64,000 nucleotides of DNA from an uncultured Planctomycetaceae bacterium (GCA_963833985.1 CAWIAD010000001.1:2272001-2336000), one strand, 5' to 3'; shown: positions 53,839 through 64,000, counted from the stretch's first letter. Notes: generated from the sequence alone by a model not told the origin. Numbers and translations: made by a program.

Positions 53839-55283
53839 ATCGCCACTTCAAGTTCCGCGGGCCCCGTCCGGCTCGGCCCCATTTCGATCTGTTTTCGGAT
53901 GCATCGCCGCAGGCAGCGCTGCCGAGGCACGACGAAGCCGTCGAGCCTAGCTCAACCGACGCGCCCAAAGCAGCCGGGCAGGCCGCTGCCGCAGGCGGGC
54001 GGCTGCTATTCATTAACCAGTACTACTGGCCCGATCATGCGTCCACGGCCCAGCACCTGGCCGACCTGACGGAGTGGCTGACGACCCGCGGCTTCGAGTG
54101 CCACGTGCTTTGCGCCCAGGGCCGCTATGGCGCAGACGCTGCATCACGGCCGGACTTCGAGGTGCACCAGGGCGTCCACATCCATCGCGTGCCGGCCACG
54201 TCGCTGGGTCGGAAAAGCACGTTTGCGCGGATGACGGATTACCTCAGCTTCTACGCCCGCGCCGTGGTCAAGGCCGCGCGGCTGCCGCGGTTCGACGCGG
54301 TCGTCACGCTCACAACGCCGCCGATCATCGGCCTCATCGGCACCCTGCTGCGCAGGCTGAAGGCATCGCCGCACATCTACTGGAGCATGGATCTGCATCC
54401 CGACGCCAGTCTGGCGCTGCGGCGGATGTCGCCCAGGAATCCCGTCGTCCGCGGCCTGGTCTGGCTGAGCAACCTGGTCTACCGCCAGGCCGATCGCGTG
54501 GTTGTGCTCGGTCCGTACATGAGCGATCGCGTACGGATCAAAGGCGTGCGGCCGGACCGGCTGGTGTCTGTCCCGGTCTGGAGCCGGCGCGACCACGTGT
54601 ATCCGGTGGACCGCGATGGCAACCCGCTTCGTACCGAGCTTGGCCTGCACGGCAAGTTCGTGGCCATGTACTCGGGCAACCTCGGCCTGGCCCACTCCTT
54701 CGAAGAATTCCTGGAAGCCGCCCGGCAGTTGCGGCAGCGCAATGATCTCGTCTTTCTCTTCGTCGGTGCCGGCCCTCGTGCCGAAGAGGTGCGCAGGGCA
54801 CGTGATCACGAAGGCCTGGAAAACATCCGATTGCTTGATTACGTGCCGCGCGAGCAGCTTCATCACTCGCTCTCGGTCGCTGACGTGCACCTGATCTCGA
54901 TGCGTCCGGAGATGGCGGGCATCGTGGTGCCGGGGAAGCTTTACGGCATCATGGCGGCAGGCCGTCCCGCGCTCTTCGTCGGGCCGGCTCACTGCGAATC
55001 AGCCGACACGATCCGCCGCGCCGGCTGCGGGTTCACGATCGCGCCGGGCGACAGCGCAGGCGTGATCTCGGCCCTGAAAACCCTGTCCGCCGACCTTAAC
55101 CTGGCGCGCCAGATGGGCCAGAAGGGACGCATCCATTTCCTGGCCACCCACGAGCGGAACCTCTGCTGCTACCAGTGGCTGGAGATCCTTCGCAACACCA
55201 TCGCGCGGCCGGGACTTCGTCCGGCTCCCGCGCTGCGAGGCGCCATGGCTCCCGCCGGCGTGCTGCACGGGGTCTCACGCTGA
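53832..55283 (+). CDS. Glycosyltransferase family 4 (WcaI-like)
   Basis: LLFINQYYWPD..STAQ, TTPP, MDLHPD, MYSGNLG.AH, VPGKLYGIMAAGRP; ATG overlaps the fcl 3' end. Confidence 0.9.
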   Translation: MVNRHFKFRGPRPARPHFDLFSDASPQAALPRHDEAVEPSSTDAPKAAGQAAAAGGRLLFINQYYWPDHASTAQHLADLTEWLTTRGFECHVLCAQGRYGADAASRPDFEVHQGVHIHRVPATSLGRKSTFARMTDYLSFYARAVVKAARLPRFDAVVTLTTPPIIGLIGTLLRRLKASPHIYWSMDLHPDASLALRRMSPRNPVVRGLVWLSNLVYRQADRVVVLGPYMSDRVRIKGVRPDRLVSVPVWSRRDHVYPVDRDGNPLRTELGLHGKFVAMYSGNLGLAHSFEEFLEAARQLRQRNDLVFLFVGAGPRAEEVRRARDHEGLENIRLLDYVPREQLHHSLSVADVHLISMRPEMAGIVVPGKLYGIMAAGRPALFVGPAHCESADTIRRAGCGFTIAPGDSAGVISALKTLSADLNLARQMGQKGRIHFLATHERNLCCYQWLEILRNTIARPGLRPAPALRGAMAPAGVLHGVSR

Positions 55284-55352
55284 AGCCACGCCTGGCCCAT
55301 GGCGGCTGTGTTCACGAACTGCAAGGCAAGCCTCTTTCGGGAGTCCCACCGT

Positions 55353-56339
55353 ATGAGCTGGAAGTCGCTCGGCGTCGCCTCGGTGCTGGTGCTTGTCGCG
55401 CTTGCAGGCCGGAGCGCGGCCCAGCCGGCCGCGTCGACCGCGAGTGCCTCCGAGATCCTCAGTCAGCATGATCGCGCCCTGATCCGAGACCTGTCGGCGT
55501 ACCTCAAGCAGAACCCACGCGCCGACGACCGCGACCAGGCCTATGCCGCACTGTTCAACAAGGTGATCGAGCACGACTGGTTCGGCGACAACGAGGAAGC
55601 GGCACTGCGCTACATGAAGAACGACCCGGAGGGCCCGGTGAAGGCCCTGGCGCAAATCGTGGCGACGATGGCCCGCGCCCAGGCCGGCCGCTACGATCAG
55701 GCCATGCCGCGATACAACGAGCTGATGAGTGGGCTGAACAAGCCCGACCAGGAAGCCTTCGCCGCCAGCTTTGCCGAGACCTTTGCCTCGTCGGCCGTGA
55801 CCGCCGGCGAGTTCGCGGCCGCCCGGCAGGCTTATCAGACACTCCAGGAACGCTTCCCCGACAGTGCCGCGCTGCGTGACAAGGTGGCACACGAGCTCGG
55901 CCGACTGGACCGCGTCGGCAAGCCGGCCCCGGACTTCGAGGCCATGGATCTGAACGGCAAGACCGTCGGGCTCAGCGCGCTGAAGGGCAAGTACGTTCTC
56001 ATCGATTTCTGGGCGACCTGGTGCTCTCCTTGCGTCGGCGAGCTGCCGCGCCTGCAAGAGGCCTACCGCAAGTACCACCAGAACGGCTTCGACATCGTCA
56101 GTGTGAGCCTTGATGAAACCCGCTCCGCGGTGACCGACTTCGTCAAGAGCCGCAAGCTCCCCTGGATCCAGCTCCACAACGGAAGCGCCGGCGCAGACCT
56201 GGTCGACGCCTTCGGCGTGAGCTCCATCCCCGCGGCCTACCTGCTCAACCCGGACGGTAAGGTCATCCGCCTGGACCTGCGAGGCAACAACCTCGAAACC
56301 ACGCTGGCACAGCTCATCCCACCACGAAACACGAGATAA
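55353..56339 (+). CDS. TlpA/redoxin disulfide reductase with helical N-domain
   Basis: Signal peptide; GKPAPDF, KGKYVLIDFWATWCSPC, VSLD, IP..YL...DG. Confidence 0.9.
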   Translation: MSWKSLGVASVLVLVALAGRSAAQPAASTASASEILSQHDRALIRDLSAYLKQNPRADDRDQAYAALFNKVIEHDWFGDNEEAALRYMKNDPEGPVKALAQIVATMARAQAGRYDQAMPRYNELMSGLNKPDQEAFAASFAETFASSAVTAGEFAAARQAYQTLQERFPDSAALRDKVAHELGRLDRVGKPAPDFEAMDLNGKTVGLSALKGKYVLIDFWATWCSPCVGELPRLQEAYRKYHQNGFDIVSVSLDETRSAVTDFVKSRKLPWIQLHNGSAGADLVDAFGVSSIPAAYLLNPDGKVIRLDLRGNNLETTLAQLIPPRNTR

Positions 56340-56674
56340 CGAGAACACGAAGCGGGGAACGAAGAAGATATGAACAGGGGGAGGAGGAACCACGAAATAC
56401 ACGAAAGGAATTCAAGCAGACAGATCAGGAATTTATGTAGGGGATGGTCATGTCAGACAGTCGACAAGGGGCATATCGATTGCTCTAATTATTCTAGAAT
56501 CAGTTCATTTGTTTCCGCATCCGTCTTCTAGGTCAGAAACCAGGAGACTTATCAATCTATAGATTTATCGTTTCCAATCCGAATCTATAATCTTTGCATT
56601 TATTTCGTGTATTTCGTGTATTTCGTATATTTCGTGGTCCTCTGCTTCTGTATTCATCCATCCCTTTCGTGGTT
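56319..56674. repeat. Inverted 9-mer (CACGAAATA) repeat arms around an AT-rich core
   Basis: AACCACGAAATACACGAAA at 56388-56406 versus TTTCGTGTATTTCGTGTATTTCGTATATTTCGTGGT at 56603-56638; outer ACCACGAAA / TTTCGTGGT pair. Confidence 0.8.
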
Positions 56675-56694
56675 CGGTTCGGGAGGGTGCGCTC

Positions 56695-57468
56695 ATGGGA
56701 GGCCGACTGGAAGGCAAGGTGGCGCTGATCACCGGCGCTGCGGGCGGTATCGGGCTGGCCTCCGCGGAACGTTTCGCCCGCGAGGGAGCGGCCGTGGTCA
56801 TGACGGACGCCCAGGGCGGTCTACTCGAGGAGGAGGCCCGGCGGATTGCCGCGACGGGCGCTCGCGTCAGCGCCTGGCAGCTGGACGTGACGCGCTCGGA
56901 CGAGGTCCGTCAGGCTGTGGCCCATGTTCGCGATCAGTTCGGCCGGCTGGACATCCTTTTCGCCAACGCTGGAGTCGGCTACGTTGGTGCGATCACGGAA
57001 GCCTCCGACGAGGACTGGGATCGGGTAATGGGCGTGAACGCCCGGGGCGTCTTCCTCTGCTGCCGCGAGGCGATCCGGCAGATGCTGGCTCAGGATCCGG
57101 CGGGCGGTTCGATCGTGATCACCGGCTCGATCTCCAGCCTCACCGGCATTCCCGGCCAGGCGCCCTATGCCCCGAGCAAGGGCGCTGCATTGCAACTGGC
57201 ACGTCAGCTCGCCGTCGAGTACGCGACGCGGAAGGTCCGCGTGAACTGCGTCTGCCCGGGGACCATCGACACGCCCATGCTTCGCAAGGCCATGGCCAGC
57301 TCGGCGGACCCGGCCGCGTTCTTGAAGATGCTGCAAGACGGCCACCCCATGGGACGGATCGGCACGCCGGAGGAAGTCGCCGCGGCCGTGCTGTTCCTGG
57401 CTTCCGACGAGGCGAGTTTCGTGACCGGGGCGGTGCTGTCCGTGGACGGCGGCTACACGGCGCGGTAG
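56695..57468 (+). CDS. SDR family oxidoreductase
   Basis: ITGAAGGIG, NAG, YAPSK, VNCVCPG, P.GRIGTPEE, VDGG. Confidence 0.95.
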   Translation: MGGRLEGKVALITGAAGGIGLASAERFAREGAAVVMTDAQGGLLEEEARRIAATGARVSAWQLDVTRSDEVRQAVAHVRDQFGRLDILFANAGVGYVGAITEASDEDWDRVMGVNARGVFLCCREAIRQMLAQDPAGGSIVITGSISSLTGIPGQAPYAPSKGAALQLARQLAVEYATRKVRVNCVCPGTIDTPMLRKAMASSADPAAFLKMLQDGHPMGRIGTPEEVAAAVLFLASDEASFVTGAVLSVDGGYTAR

Positions 57469-57503
57469 CGGCTGGCACCTGGGCCGAACCTCACCCTGCA
57501 TCC

Positions 57504-59009
57504 TCACGCGGGTTCGGCCAGCTCTGAACCGCCCGGCTGCTTTGTCTTTTCGATCCCCGTCAGCACGGCCCTGCGCACCCGCCTGCGGGCAACGCCCACC
57601 AGTTGATTGAAGACGAAGGTGTAGAGCAGGCTGGGCGTGATGGCCGCCGCCTCGATGGCCATCAGGTTGTCGGTGGACCCCTGGCCGATCCCGGTGGCAA
57701 GTCCGATCCCGGCAATCGGGCTCAGCGCGTAGATGACCTGGGATGGCCCGGGATCCATGGTCCTGGAGAACAGGGTGATCGTACCCAGCACCAGCGGCAG
57801 GATGGACGTAAAGAAGAGGAAGAGCGCCAGGAAGCTTGACCCGCGCCGGCCGAAGCGAAGCTGGAAATACTGATGAGCCAGTCCAAGGTACGCCACAACG
57901 AGGACACCGTTGGCGATCGCCAGGTGGTAGGCTTGCCGGATGGGAGTCGCCCGAGGTGCCGTGGAATCCACAAGCCGGTGCCAGGCCATCGTGGCGGTGA
58001 ACAGGATGATGCCGCAGACGCCGATCAGGAACGCTCGGTTGAGTGACGCATCTTCCCGGAAGGAAAGCGCTGATCTCCCTTGCTTGAAGGTGCGCCAGAG
58101 CCCCTTGTAGTACTCGGCCTGGGTGGGAGTGACCATGACCGTGAGGATCCCGCCGAGCGCGACCAGTAGGTAGAGGACCGCGGTCGCGAGCCAGTCCGAG
58201 TCTGGCATGCTCCAGATCCCGCCGAGCAAGAGCCCACCGAGTGTGGCCATGGCCGCGATTCCCTGCGGTTTTGAGAACGCGTGCATCCGGTCAGATTCCA
58301 GCTTCCGCCGCGCGGCCAGGAAGGTGAAGAAGAGCACGGGAATCTGGTACAGCAGGACGACCGCCAGCCACGGGAACGAGACGCCATAGAACTCGATCCG
58401 CGGCTCCCGGCTGACGATGCTGGCGACATGGGCGAGCCCGGTGATCATGCTGCCGCTCATCAGCGAGACGACAATGACGGCACTCGCCACACCGCGCGCG
58501 CTGGATTGCTTCTTGAGCACCAGCGCGTTGACCAGCGAGAGTGCCTGGAGCACCCAGCTCGTCGAGATCAGCGCGATCATGAGCTGGATCAGACCACGGA
58601 AGTCGGGCGTGCCCATGGCCACGCAGAGCACGGCAAACGGCAACGTGCAGGCGAACATCAGGTACTCGCGGACGGGCGCACCGAAGAAGAAACCGAGGGT
58701 CACCTCGGTGGCGGAAAGGGGTGAGATCCGGTGGAAGTCGAGTATGCCCGAGGCCCTGGCCGTGGCAACGGAGGTCCCAACCTGGGTGGAACCGATGATG
58801 CCGAGGAGGACGGCCTGGAGTGCGAAGAGCGCGCCGAAGACTCCACCGTTCCGGAACGCATCGAGCTGGTACCCTCCCCAGGCGATGCAGAGGCAAAGCG
58901 CCAGCGTGATCGCCAGCGCGGAGCCGAGCGCCTGGCGGCGCAGCCGCGATCGCACATGCTTGAAGAAGATGGGGTTATCGTACCAGCCGGTCAGCCAGTC
59001 AGAACGCAT
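57504..59009 (-). CDS. ABC transporter permease-like multi-pass membrane protein
   Basis: DNPIF.KH.RSRLR, G.LDF.R.SP; about 12 hydrophobic segments; overlaps the ATPase stop. Confidence 0.75.
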   Translation of the reverse strand: MRSDWLTGWYDNPIFFKHVRSRLRRQALGSALAITLALCLCIAWGGYQLDAFRNGGVFGALFALQAVLLGIIGSTQVGTSVATARASGILDFHRISPLSATEVTLGFFFGAPVREYLMFACTLPFAVLCVAMGTPDFRGLIQLMIALISTSWVLQALSLVNALVLKKQSSARGVASAVIVVSLMSGSMITGLAHVASIVSREPRIEFYGVSFPWLAVVLLYQIPVLFFTFLAARRKLESDRMHAFSKPQGIAAMATLGGLLLGGIWSMPDSDWLATAVLYLLVALGGILTVMVTPTQAEYYKGLWRTFKQGRSALSFREDASLNRAFLIGVCGIILFTATMAWHRLVDSTAPRATPIRQAYHLAIANGVLVVAYLGLAHQYFQLRFGRRGSSFLALFLFFTSILPLVLGTITLFSRTMDPGPSQVIYALSPIAGIGLATGIGQGSTDNLMAIEAAAITPSLLYTFVFNQLVGVARRRVRRAVLTGIEKTKQPGGSELAEPA

Positions 59010-59950
59010 CAGGAAAGCTCCCTGGCACCCACCGTGAGGAACAGCTCCTCGAGGTTCTCTTTCCGCCGCGCGAACGACGCCACGCGCACGCCCTGGCTCA
59101 CCAGCCGCGCCAGCAGGGCACTGGCTTCCTCCGGACCGCCGCGGAACCGGAACTCGAAGGTGCTGCCCTTCTTTTCGGCCGCACCAGCCCGTGGTTCCTC
59201 GGTCAGGACACGCAGAAACGTCTCGGTTTCACCCAGGACCTCGACGCTCAGGGTGGAATCGCCCATGATCCGGGCGTTCACCTCATCGATCCGCCCGCTG
59301 AGCACCATCCGGCCGCGCTCCATGATTGCCACGGAGGTGCAAAACTCGTTCATCTCGGCCAGGATGTGTGAGGAGATGAGGATCGTCTTGCCCTCGGCGG
59401 CCAGCCGCTTGAGGATGTTCTTCAGGTCGATCCGCCCCTGTGGATCGACCCCGCTGGCAGGCTCGTCCAGCAGCAGCACCACAGGGTCGGGGAGCAGTGT
59501 CTTGGCCAGCATGAGCCTTTGCCTCATCCCCCGCGACAGCTCGGTCACCAGCGATTGCCGCTTCTCTTCAAGGCCGACCAGCGCCAGGTAGCGATCGATG
59601 ATCGAGGGACGACCGGGACGGGGAACCCGGTAGCTGGCCGCGAACAGGTCGAGGAACTCCCAGACGAGCAGGTCCTCATACATCGGCGGGAAGTCGGGCA
59701 TGAAGCCAAGCAGCCGGGCCACCTGGTGAGGCTGTTCCTGAACGTTGATGCCCATGATCTCGATCTCGCCGTAGGTCGGCTCGATCAGCCCGAGCATGGT
59801 GCGCATCGTCGTCGTCTTGCCCGCCCCGTTGGGCCCGATGAGGCCGCAGACCTCACCCTCTTCCACCGTGAGGTTGAGGTCCTGCACTGCACACAGGTTG
59901 TCATAATCCACACGCAGGTCGCGAATCGCGATCATGAAGGCCTCGGCCAC
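59009..59950 (-). CDS. ABC transporter ATP-binding protein (ABC-2 type)
   Basis: GPNGAGKTT, LSRGMRQR, LLLDEP, SSH. Confidence 0.95.
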   Translation of the reverse strand: MAEAFMIAIRDLRVDYDNLCAVQDLNLTVEEGEVCGLIGPNGAGKTTTMRTMLGLIEPTYGEIEIMGINVQEQPHQVARLLGFMPDFPPMYEDLLVWEFLDLFAASYRVPRPGRPSIIDRYLALVGLEEKRQSLVTELSRGMRQRLMLAKTLLPDPVVLLLDEPASGVDPQGRIDLKNILKRLAAEGKTILISSHILAEMNEFCTSVAIMERGRMVLSGRIDEVNARIMGDSTLSVEVLGETETFLRVLTEEPRAGAAEKKGSTFEFRFRGGPEEASALLARLVSQGVRVASFARRKENLEELFLTVGARELS

Positions 59951-60032
59951 GAACTCGGAGAGTGGGTTGCTCGCTCCAATCCATTCGCCACGGAACTCGA
60001 GAAATTAAGCTGGCCCAGGAGCATCGATACCG

Positions 60033-61202
60033 TCACTTCAGCCGGTCCCGCATGCGTTCCAGTTCCCGCAACTCCGCGTCGGTGAAGCCGGCCTTCTTGA
60101 AGATCTGGGTCCGCTCCTCCGGGGTTGCCGTTTTCAGCCTGGCACGATCGGCCGCCGGGATATTCCGGAACTTCGCTGCGAAGCCGGGAAGGGCTCGAGA
60201 AGCAGATAAACCACGCGTCACGGCAGGAGGGCTGGACGCTTAACGGATCTCGCGGGCGAGCTCGGCAAACTTCAGGTCCTCGAGCAAGCGGCCGGCCTCG
60301 TTCAGCTTCGCCTCCTGCGATCGGGTGAGCTGTTCGATCTCCTTCTGAGATTCCGCCGCCGAGGTGTTGTGAGCCGGCTCCAGGCTGGCCAGCTTGCCGC
60401 GAATCTCGCCGTCGAGACGCACCGCTTCGGCGAGCAACTCCAGGATGGGCTGGAGCCTGGTGGGTGCCGTGTTGTTCTCGCTTTCTCTCTGAAGCTTCAT
60501 GAGCCTGGTCTTCTCGAGCTGGGCGGTCTGCTCCTTGGACAGTTCTTCGGCCCGCGCTTTTTCCACCTCGGATTTCAGCTCCTTGAGGCGCCTGGGCTGC
60601 TCGTACTCGCGCAGCAGCATGAGCTTGGATCGGGCCATCTCCCGCTCGATCTCGGCTTTTCGCTTCGACAGTGTCGCGGCCTTCAGCCTGTCCTGGAACT
60701 GGGCCAGAATCCAGGTTTCCTGCACGGTACCGGAGGAGGTCTTCTTCACCTTCTCGAGCGCCGCGCTGGCGTCCGCAAGTTCGGCCGTTGTTCGTTGAAT
60801 GTCCGACTCGGCAAGTCGAACCGCCCCTGCGACGGCGGAGACTTCCTGGAGGGAGGTCCCTTCCTCGTACTCCTTGACGGCGATCTCGCTCAGCTCGCGC
60901 GTCAGCTTCGCGGTCTGATACGCCGCGTCGGCTGCCTGGACCCTTAGCTCTTGTACGGGGACGCTCGATTCCGGCTCGGCAGTTCTCGCGTTCCGGTACC
61001 GTTCCAGCACCGGCTCGGCGTACTTGCGGATCCGTACGCGTTCTTCATCGAGCCTGCTTTCCATGGACCTCTTGAAGGCAGCCAGTGCGGGAGCACCCTG
61101 CTGGGCCGGCGCGGTTTGAGCGACGGACTCCGGGCAGAATGCCAGGGAGATGGCTGCGAACACGCCAGCGGAAACCGGAAGGCGAAGGTGCGTACCGATC
61201 AT
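60033..61202 (-). CDS. Secreted coiled-coil (HlyD-hairpin-like) protein; in-frame TAA at 60240-60242 separates a C-terminal segment
   Basis: Signal peptide and long heptad/charged helices in 60240..61202; ORF 60033..60221 is in the same frame just past the stop. Confidence 0.6.
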
Positions 61203-61371
61203 TGCCGGAGCCCCAGATTCGGAGGGCACGAGGAAGCGATTGATGACGCCACACACTCTAGCGGAATGACCACCGATGTTCCAGGAGCATCGGGTGGTTC
61301 TGGCATTCCCTGGGTGGCCGCCTTAAGCTTGAGAGGTCCGTCGACCCGCCCGGAACCTCGAAGAGCCCGCC

Positions 61372-61824
61372 ATGGACGCCCGCGAGAAGATGACCGCCGC
61401 GCTAGCCGCCTATCCTGTGGTCGTGGTTCAGCCCGTCCAGTGGGGCGAGCAGGACCCGCTGGGGCACGTTAACCATGTGACGTACTTTCGCTGGTACGAA
61501 TCGGCGCGGATCGCGTACTTCTCGAAGCTCGGCCTGATGGACATGCACAAGCAAGAGCGGATCGGGCCGATCATCGCCTCGGTGGCGAACGATTATCGCC
61601 GCCAGATCACCTATCCCGACACGGTGCACATCGGCGTCCGCATCGTGCGTATTGGGCGCAGCAGCTTCGACATGGAGCACGCGATCTACAGCCAGAACGA
61701 GCACGTCCTCGCCGCCGAGGGCCGGTCGACCCTGGTCGTCTTCGACTATCAGACCAACAAGTCTCATCCCGTCCCCGCGCACATCCGCCACGCCATCGAG
61801 CATCTCGAAGCGCGTACGTTCTGA
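61372..61824 (+). CDS. Acyl-CoA thioesterase (4HBT/YbgC-like)
   Basis: W.E.D.LGHVNH..YF.WYE.AR, YPDT, G.SSF. Confidence 0.92.
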   Translation: MDAREKMTAALAAYPVVVVQPVQWGEQDPLGHVNHVTYFRWYESARIAYFSKLGLMDMHKQERIGPIIASVANDYRRQITYPDTVHIGVRIVRIGRSSFDMEHAIYSQNEHVLAAEGRSTLVVFDYQTNKSHPVPAHIRHAIEHLEARTF

Positions 61825-61967
61825 ACGCCCGATGCAGTCCGGCCCGCGGGCCAATGGCCTGCCTCGTCGGGTTTACGAAAACTTCGCGCTTTCCCTTGGG
61901 TGATCCCGTAGTTTCTCTGATGATTTTCGTCTCGGCGTCCCGCGAGAGCCCGCGGTCAGAGAGCACC

Positions 61968-63308
61968 ATGAGCACGATCCAGGAAACGTTCGATCCTCCC
62001 ACGCGTCTCGTGCGCTGGCAGTGGGCTACTGTCGGGCTGATGGTGGCCGGCTACGCGGGCTATTATCTTTGTCGGTCCAACCTCTCCGTTTGCCTGCCGC
62101 TCATCCGGGACGAGCTGGTGCGCCAGGGGTATGACGCCAACCAGGCGAAGGAGCGGCTGGGGACGGTGGTCTCGCTGGGCGTGCTGGCATACGCCATCGG
62201 CAAGTTCTTCGCGGGGGGACTGGCCGATTTCCAGGGAGGCCGGCGCAACTTTCTGGGCGGGATGATCGGGTCCATCGGTTTCACCATCCTCTTCGCGCTG
62301 GGCGGCTCCATCCCACTCTTCACACTGGCCAGCGCAGGCAACCGCTTCGTCCAGTCGTTCGGCTGGGGCGGCATGATCAAGATCACCTCGCGCTGGTTCC
62401 CCCATAACGCGTATGGCCGCGTGATGGCGTTCATCAGCCTGAGCTTCTTGTTCGGCGACGCCCTCGCGCGAAAGTTCATGGGCTTTCTGCTGGCATCCGG
62501 CTGCACCTGGCACCAGGTCTTCTTTGCCTGCGCGGCCGTGATGTGCGGCTTGCTGCTGGCGAGCGCGGTGTTCCTGAAGGAAAGCCCCAGCCAGATCGGC
62601 GCGCCGGAGCCGGAATCGCACGACGACAGCCTCTTCGGAGAGCAGGGCAACGAGCCGGTGCCCGCCGGAATCCGCACCCTGCTGGAACCGCTGCTGCGCC
62701 GCAAGGTCTTCTGGTACGTCTGCCTGCTCTCGCTCGGACTGACGCTGCTCCGGGAGACGTTCAACACCTGGATTCCAACTTACTTCAGCGAGGCCCTGGG
62801 GATGAGCCACGCCGAGGCCGCCGAGCAGAGCGCCTGGTTCCCGTTTCTGGGCGGCATCTCGGTGCTGCTGGCCGGGTTCCTGAGCGACCGGCTGGGACGC
62901 ACCAGCCGTGCGCTCATCATCGTGGGCTGCCTGCTCCTGGCCATCGTGGCGCTCACGACTCTGGCCCTGCACGACCCGGGCGGCTCGCGGTTCTGGCCCG
63001 TGGTGCTCATCGCGCTTGTGGGGTTCCTGTTGATCGGGCCCTATTCGTACCTGGCTGGGGCAATCTCGCTCGATTTCGGCGGCAAGCAGGGCTCGTCGAC
63101 GGCATCGGGATTCATCGACGGCATCGGCTACCTGGGCGGGATGATGGCCGGCGACACGATGGCCCGCATCCTGGTGGCGCACGGCTGGAAGGGGGCGTTC
63201 CTGGTCCTGGATGTCGTGGCCATCCTCTCGACCGCGGCCGCCGTGCTCTTCCTGTCCGAACAGATGGGGCCGCGGTCCGCGCAGGGGCCGCTCACGGAAC
63301 CGGCTTGA
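61968..63308 (+). CDS. MFS transporter, organophosphate:Pi antiporter (GlpT/UhpC-like) family
   Basis: GYAGYYLCRSNL, YAIGKF.AG.LAD, WFP, W.PTY, GFLSDRLG, GFIDG.GYLG. Confidence 0.88.
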   Translation: MSTIQETFDPPTRLVRWQWATVGLMVAGYAGYYLCRSNLSVCLPLIRDELVRQGYDANQAKERLGTVVSLGVLAYAIGKFFAGGLADFQGGRRNFLGGMIGSIGFTILFALGGSIPLFTLASAGNRFVQSFGWGGMIKITSRWFPHNAYGRVMAFISLSFLFGDALARKFMGFLLASGCTWHQVFFACAAVMCGLLLASAVFLKESPSQIGAPEPESHDDSLFGEQGNEPVPAGIRTLLEPLLRRKVFWYVCLLSLGLTLLRETFNTWIPTYFSEALGMSHAEAAEQSAWFPFLGGISVLLAGFLSDRLGRTSRALIIVGCLLLAIVALTTLALHDPGGSRFWPVVLIALVGFLLIGPYSYLAGAISLDFGGKQGSSTASGFIDGIGYLGGMMAGDTMARILVAHGWKGAFLVLDVVAILSTAAAVLFLSEQMGPRSAQGPLTEPA

Positions 63309-64000
63309 CCGGCGGCACGATGATGTGCGGCAGGTCGAGCGTCTTGGCCTGGTTGTTCAGCCCGGCCAGGTCCTTGTCGATCAGCGCTTGAAACTCCTTG
63401 AGGCGTTCGGCCAGCTCGGCTCCCAGGCGATCGGCGGCCTCCTTCACGCCCTGCGTGGGCGGGCCGTCGCCGTCGAGCATGCTGCCGTACAGCCAGCCCA
63501 GGTTGGAATAGAGCTGCGCTCCGCCCTTCATTGCCAGGATGTCGTAGGTCACCTTGGCCCTGGGGTTGTGCATCTTCCCCTCGAGCGCATCAAGCCTGGT
63601 GATGAACTCCCTGGATGCCTTCACCAGCGGCTTGGCCTTGTCGATGGCTTGCACCAGCATGTTTCGATCCTGGAGCTGCTTGCGCACGGCCCGCAACTGC
63701 TCCACGGCGCCGGAGAGCTTGTTGAAATCATCGCGCACCGCCAGCCCCAGGCGCACCTGCTCGGCCAGCTCGGCGGGCGCCAGCTTCACCCGCGGATCGG
63801 GCAAGACCTCCAGCGCAGCGGTCACCGTCTGGCCGTCCACCGTGAGCTTCACGGTGTACTTGCCGGGCAAGGCGAGTGGTGCGGTCTCGGCACTGCCGGA
63901 ATCGATGCGGGCGTCCTTGATGGGGCGGGCAGGATCGTGCTCCAGGTCCCAGACCACGCGATGCAACCCCGGCTTGTCCGGCACACCCGGCTTCCTTGGT
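63292..64000 (-). CDS. C-terminal part of a BNR/VPS10-type glycosyl hydrolase-like protein (runs off window)
   Basis: PGLHRVVWDL, PG.YTVKLTVDG, DPR, followed by a helical tail with PPT. Confidence 0.7.
   Translation of the reverse strand, partial: PRKPGVPDKPGLHRVVWDLEHDPARPIKDARIDSGSAETAPLALPGKYTVKLTVDGQTVTAALEVLPDPRVKLAPAELAEQVRLGLAVRDDFNKLSGAVEQLRAVRKQLQDRNMLVQAIDKAKPLVKASREFITRLDALEGKMHNPRAKVTYDILAMKGGAQLYSNLGWLYGSMLDGDGPPTQGVKEAADRLGAELAERLKEFQALIDKDLAGLNNQAKTLDLPHIIVPPVKPVP

Noticed and set aside
52575..55283. 902-aa apparent fusion of GDP-fucose synthase and glycosyltransferase
   Set aside because: One extra base near 53697 diverts fcl from its own C-terminus (ALKKVLDV..., stop 53838) into the GT frame; the N-terminal 100 aa are translated repeats.

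Overview
64 kb of high-GC bacterial chromosome. The gene content (DUF1559 prepilin-like protein, DUF1571, WXXGXW-repeat protein, membrane-anchored ECF sigma factors with long C-terminal extensions, kinase-STAND-FGE protein) points to a planctomycete, probably Isosphaeraceae-like; this is inference. There are about 45 genes. Housekeeping genes include pfkA, purH, rimI, csrA and mfd. Others encode envelope/periplasmic folding proteins, carbohydrate enzymes (GH15, heparinase II/III-like, DUF2961/GH172), a small polysaccharide operon (epimerase, GDP-fucose synthase-like, GT4) and transporters. One complete Mutator-type IS (43120-44860) has 19-bp inverted repeats and 9-bp target duplications, and 48.5-51.3 kb is a decayed accessory patch. 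About 13 single-base frameshifts break otherwise intact genes, and all lie at or within a few nt of GCGC. This looks like motif-specific long-read error, possibly reporting host GCGC methylation, rather than true pseudogenes. Best novelty candidates: a promoter-hairpin-terminator small RNA/attenuator at 18.5-18.7 kb; a secreted Gly/Tyr-rich GGLGY-repeat structural protein; two ECF sigmas sharing a periplasmic STN/secretin-N0-like domain; and repeat-bounded gene-less elements (7-mer/REP array, inverted 9-mer arms around an AT-rich core) in and next to the polysaccharide operon. No rRNA, tRNA or CRISPR array was recognised. All calls come from reading the sequence; no database searches were run.
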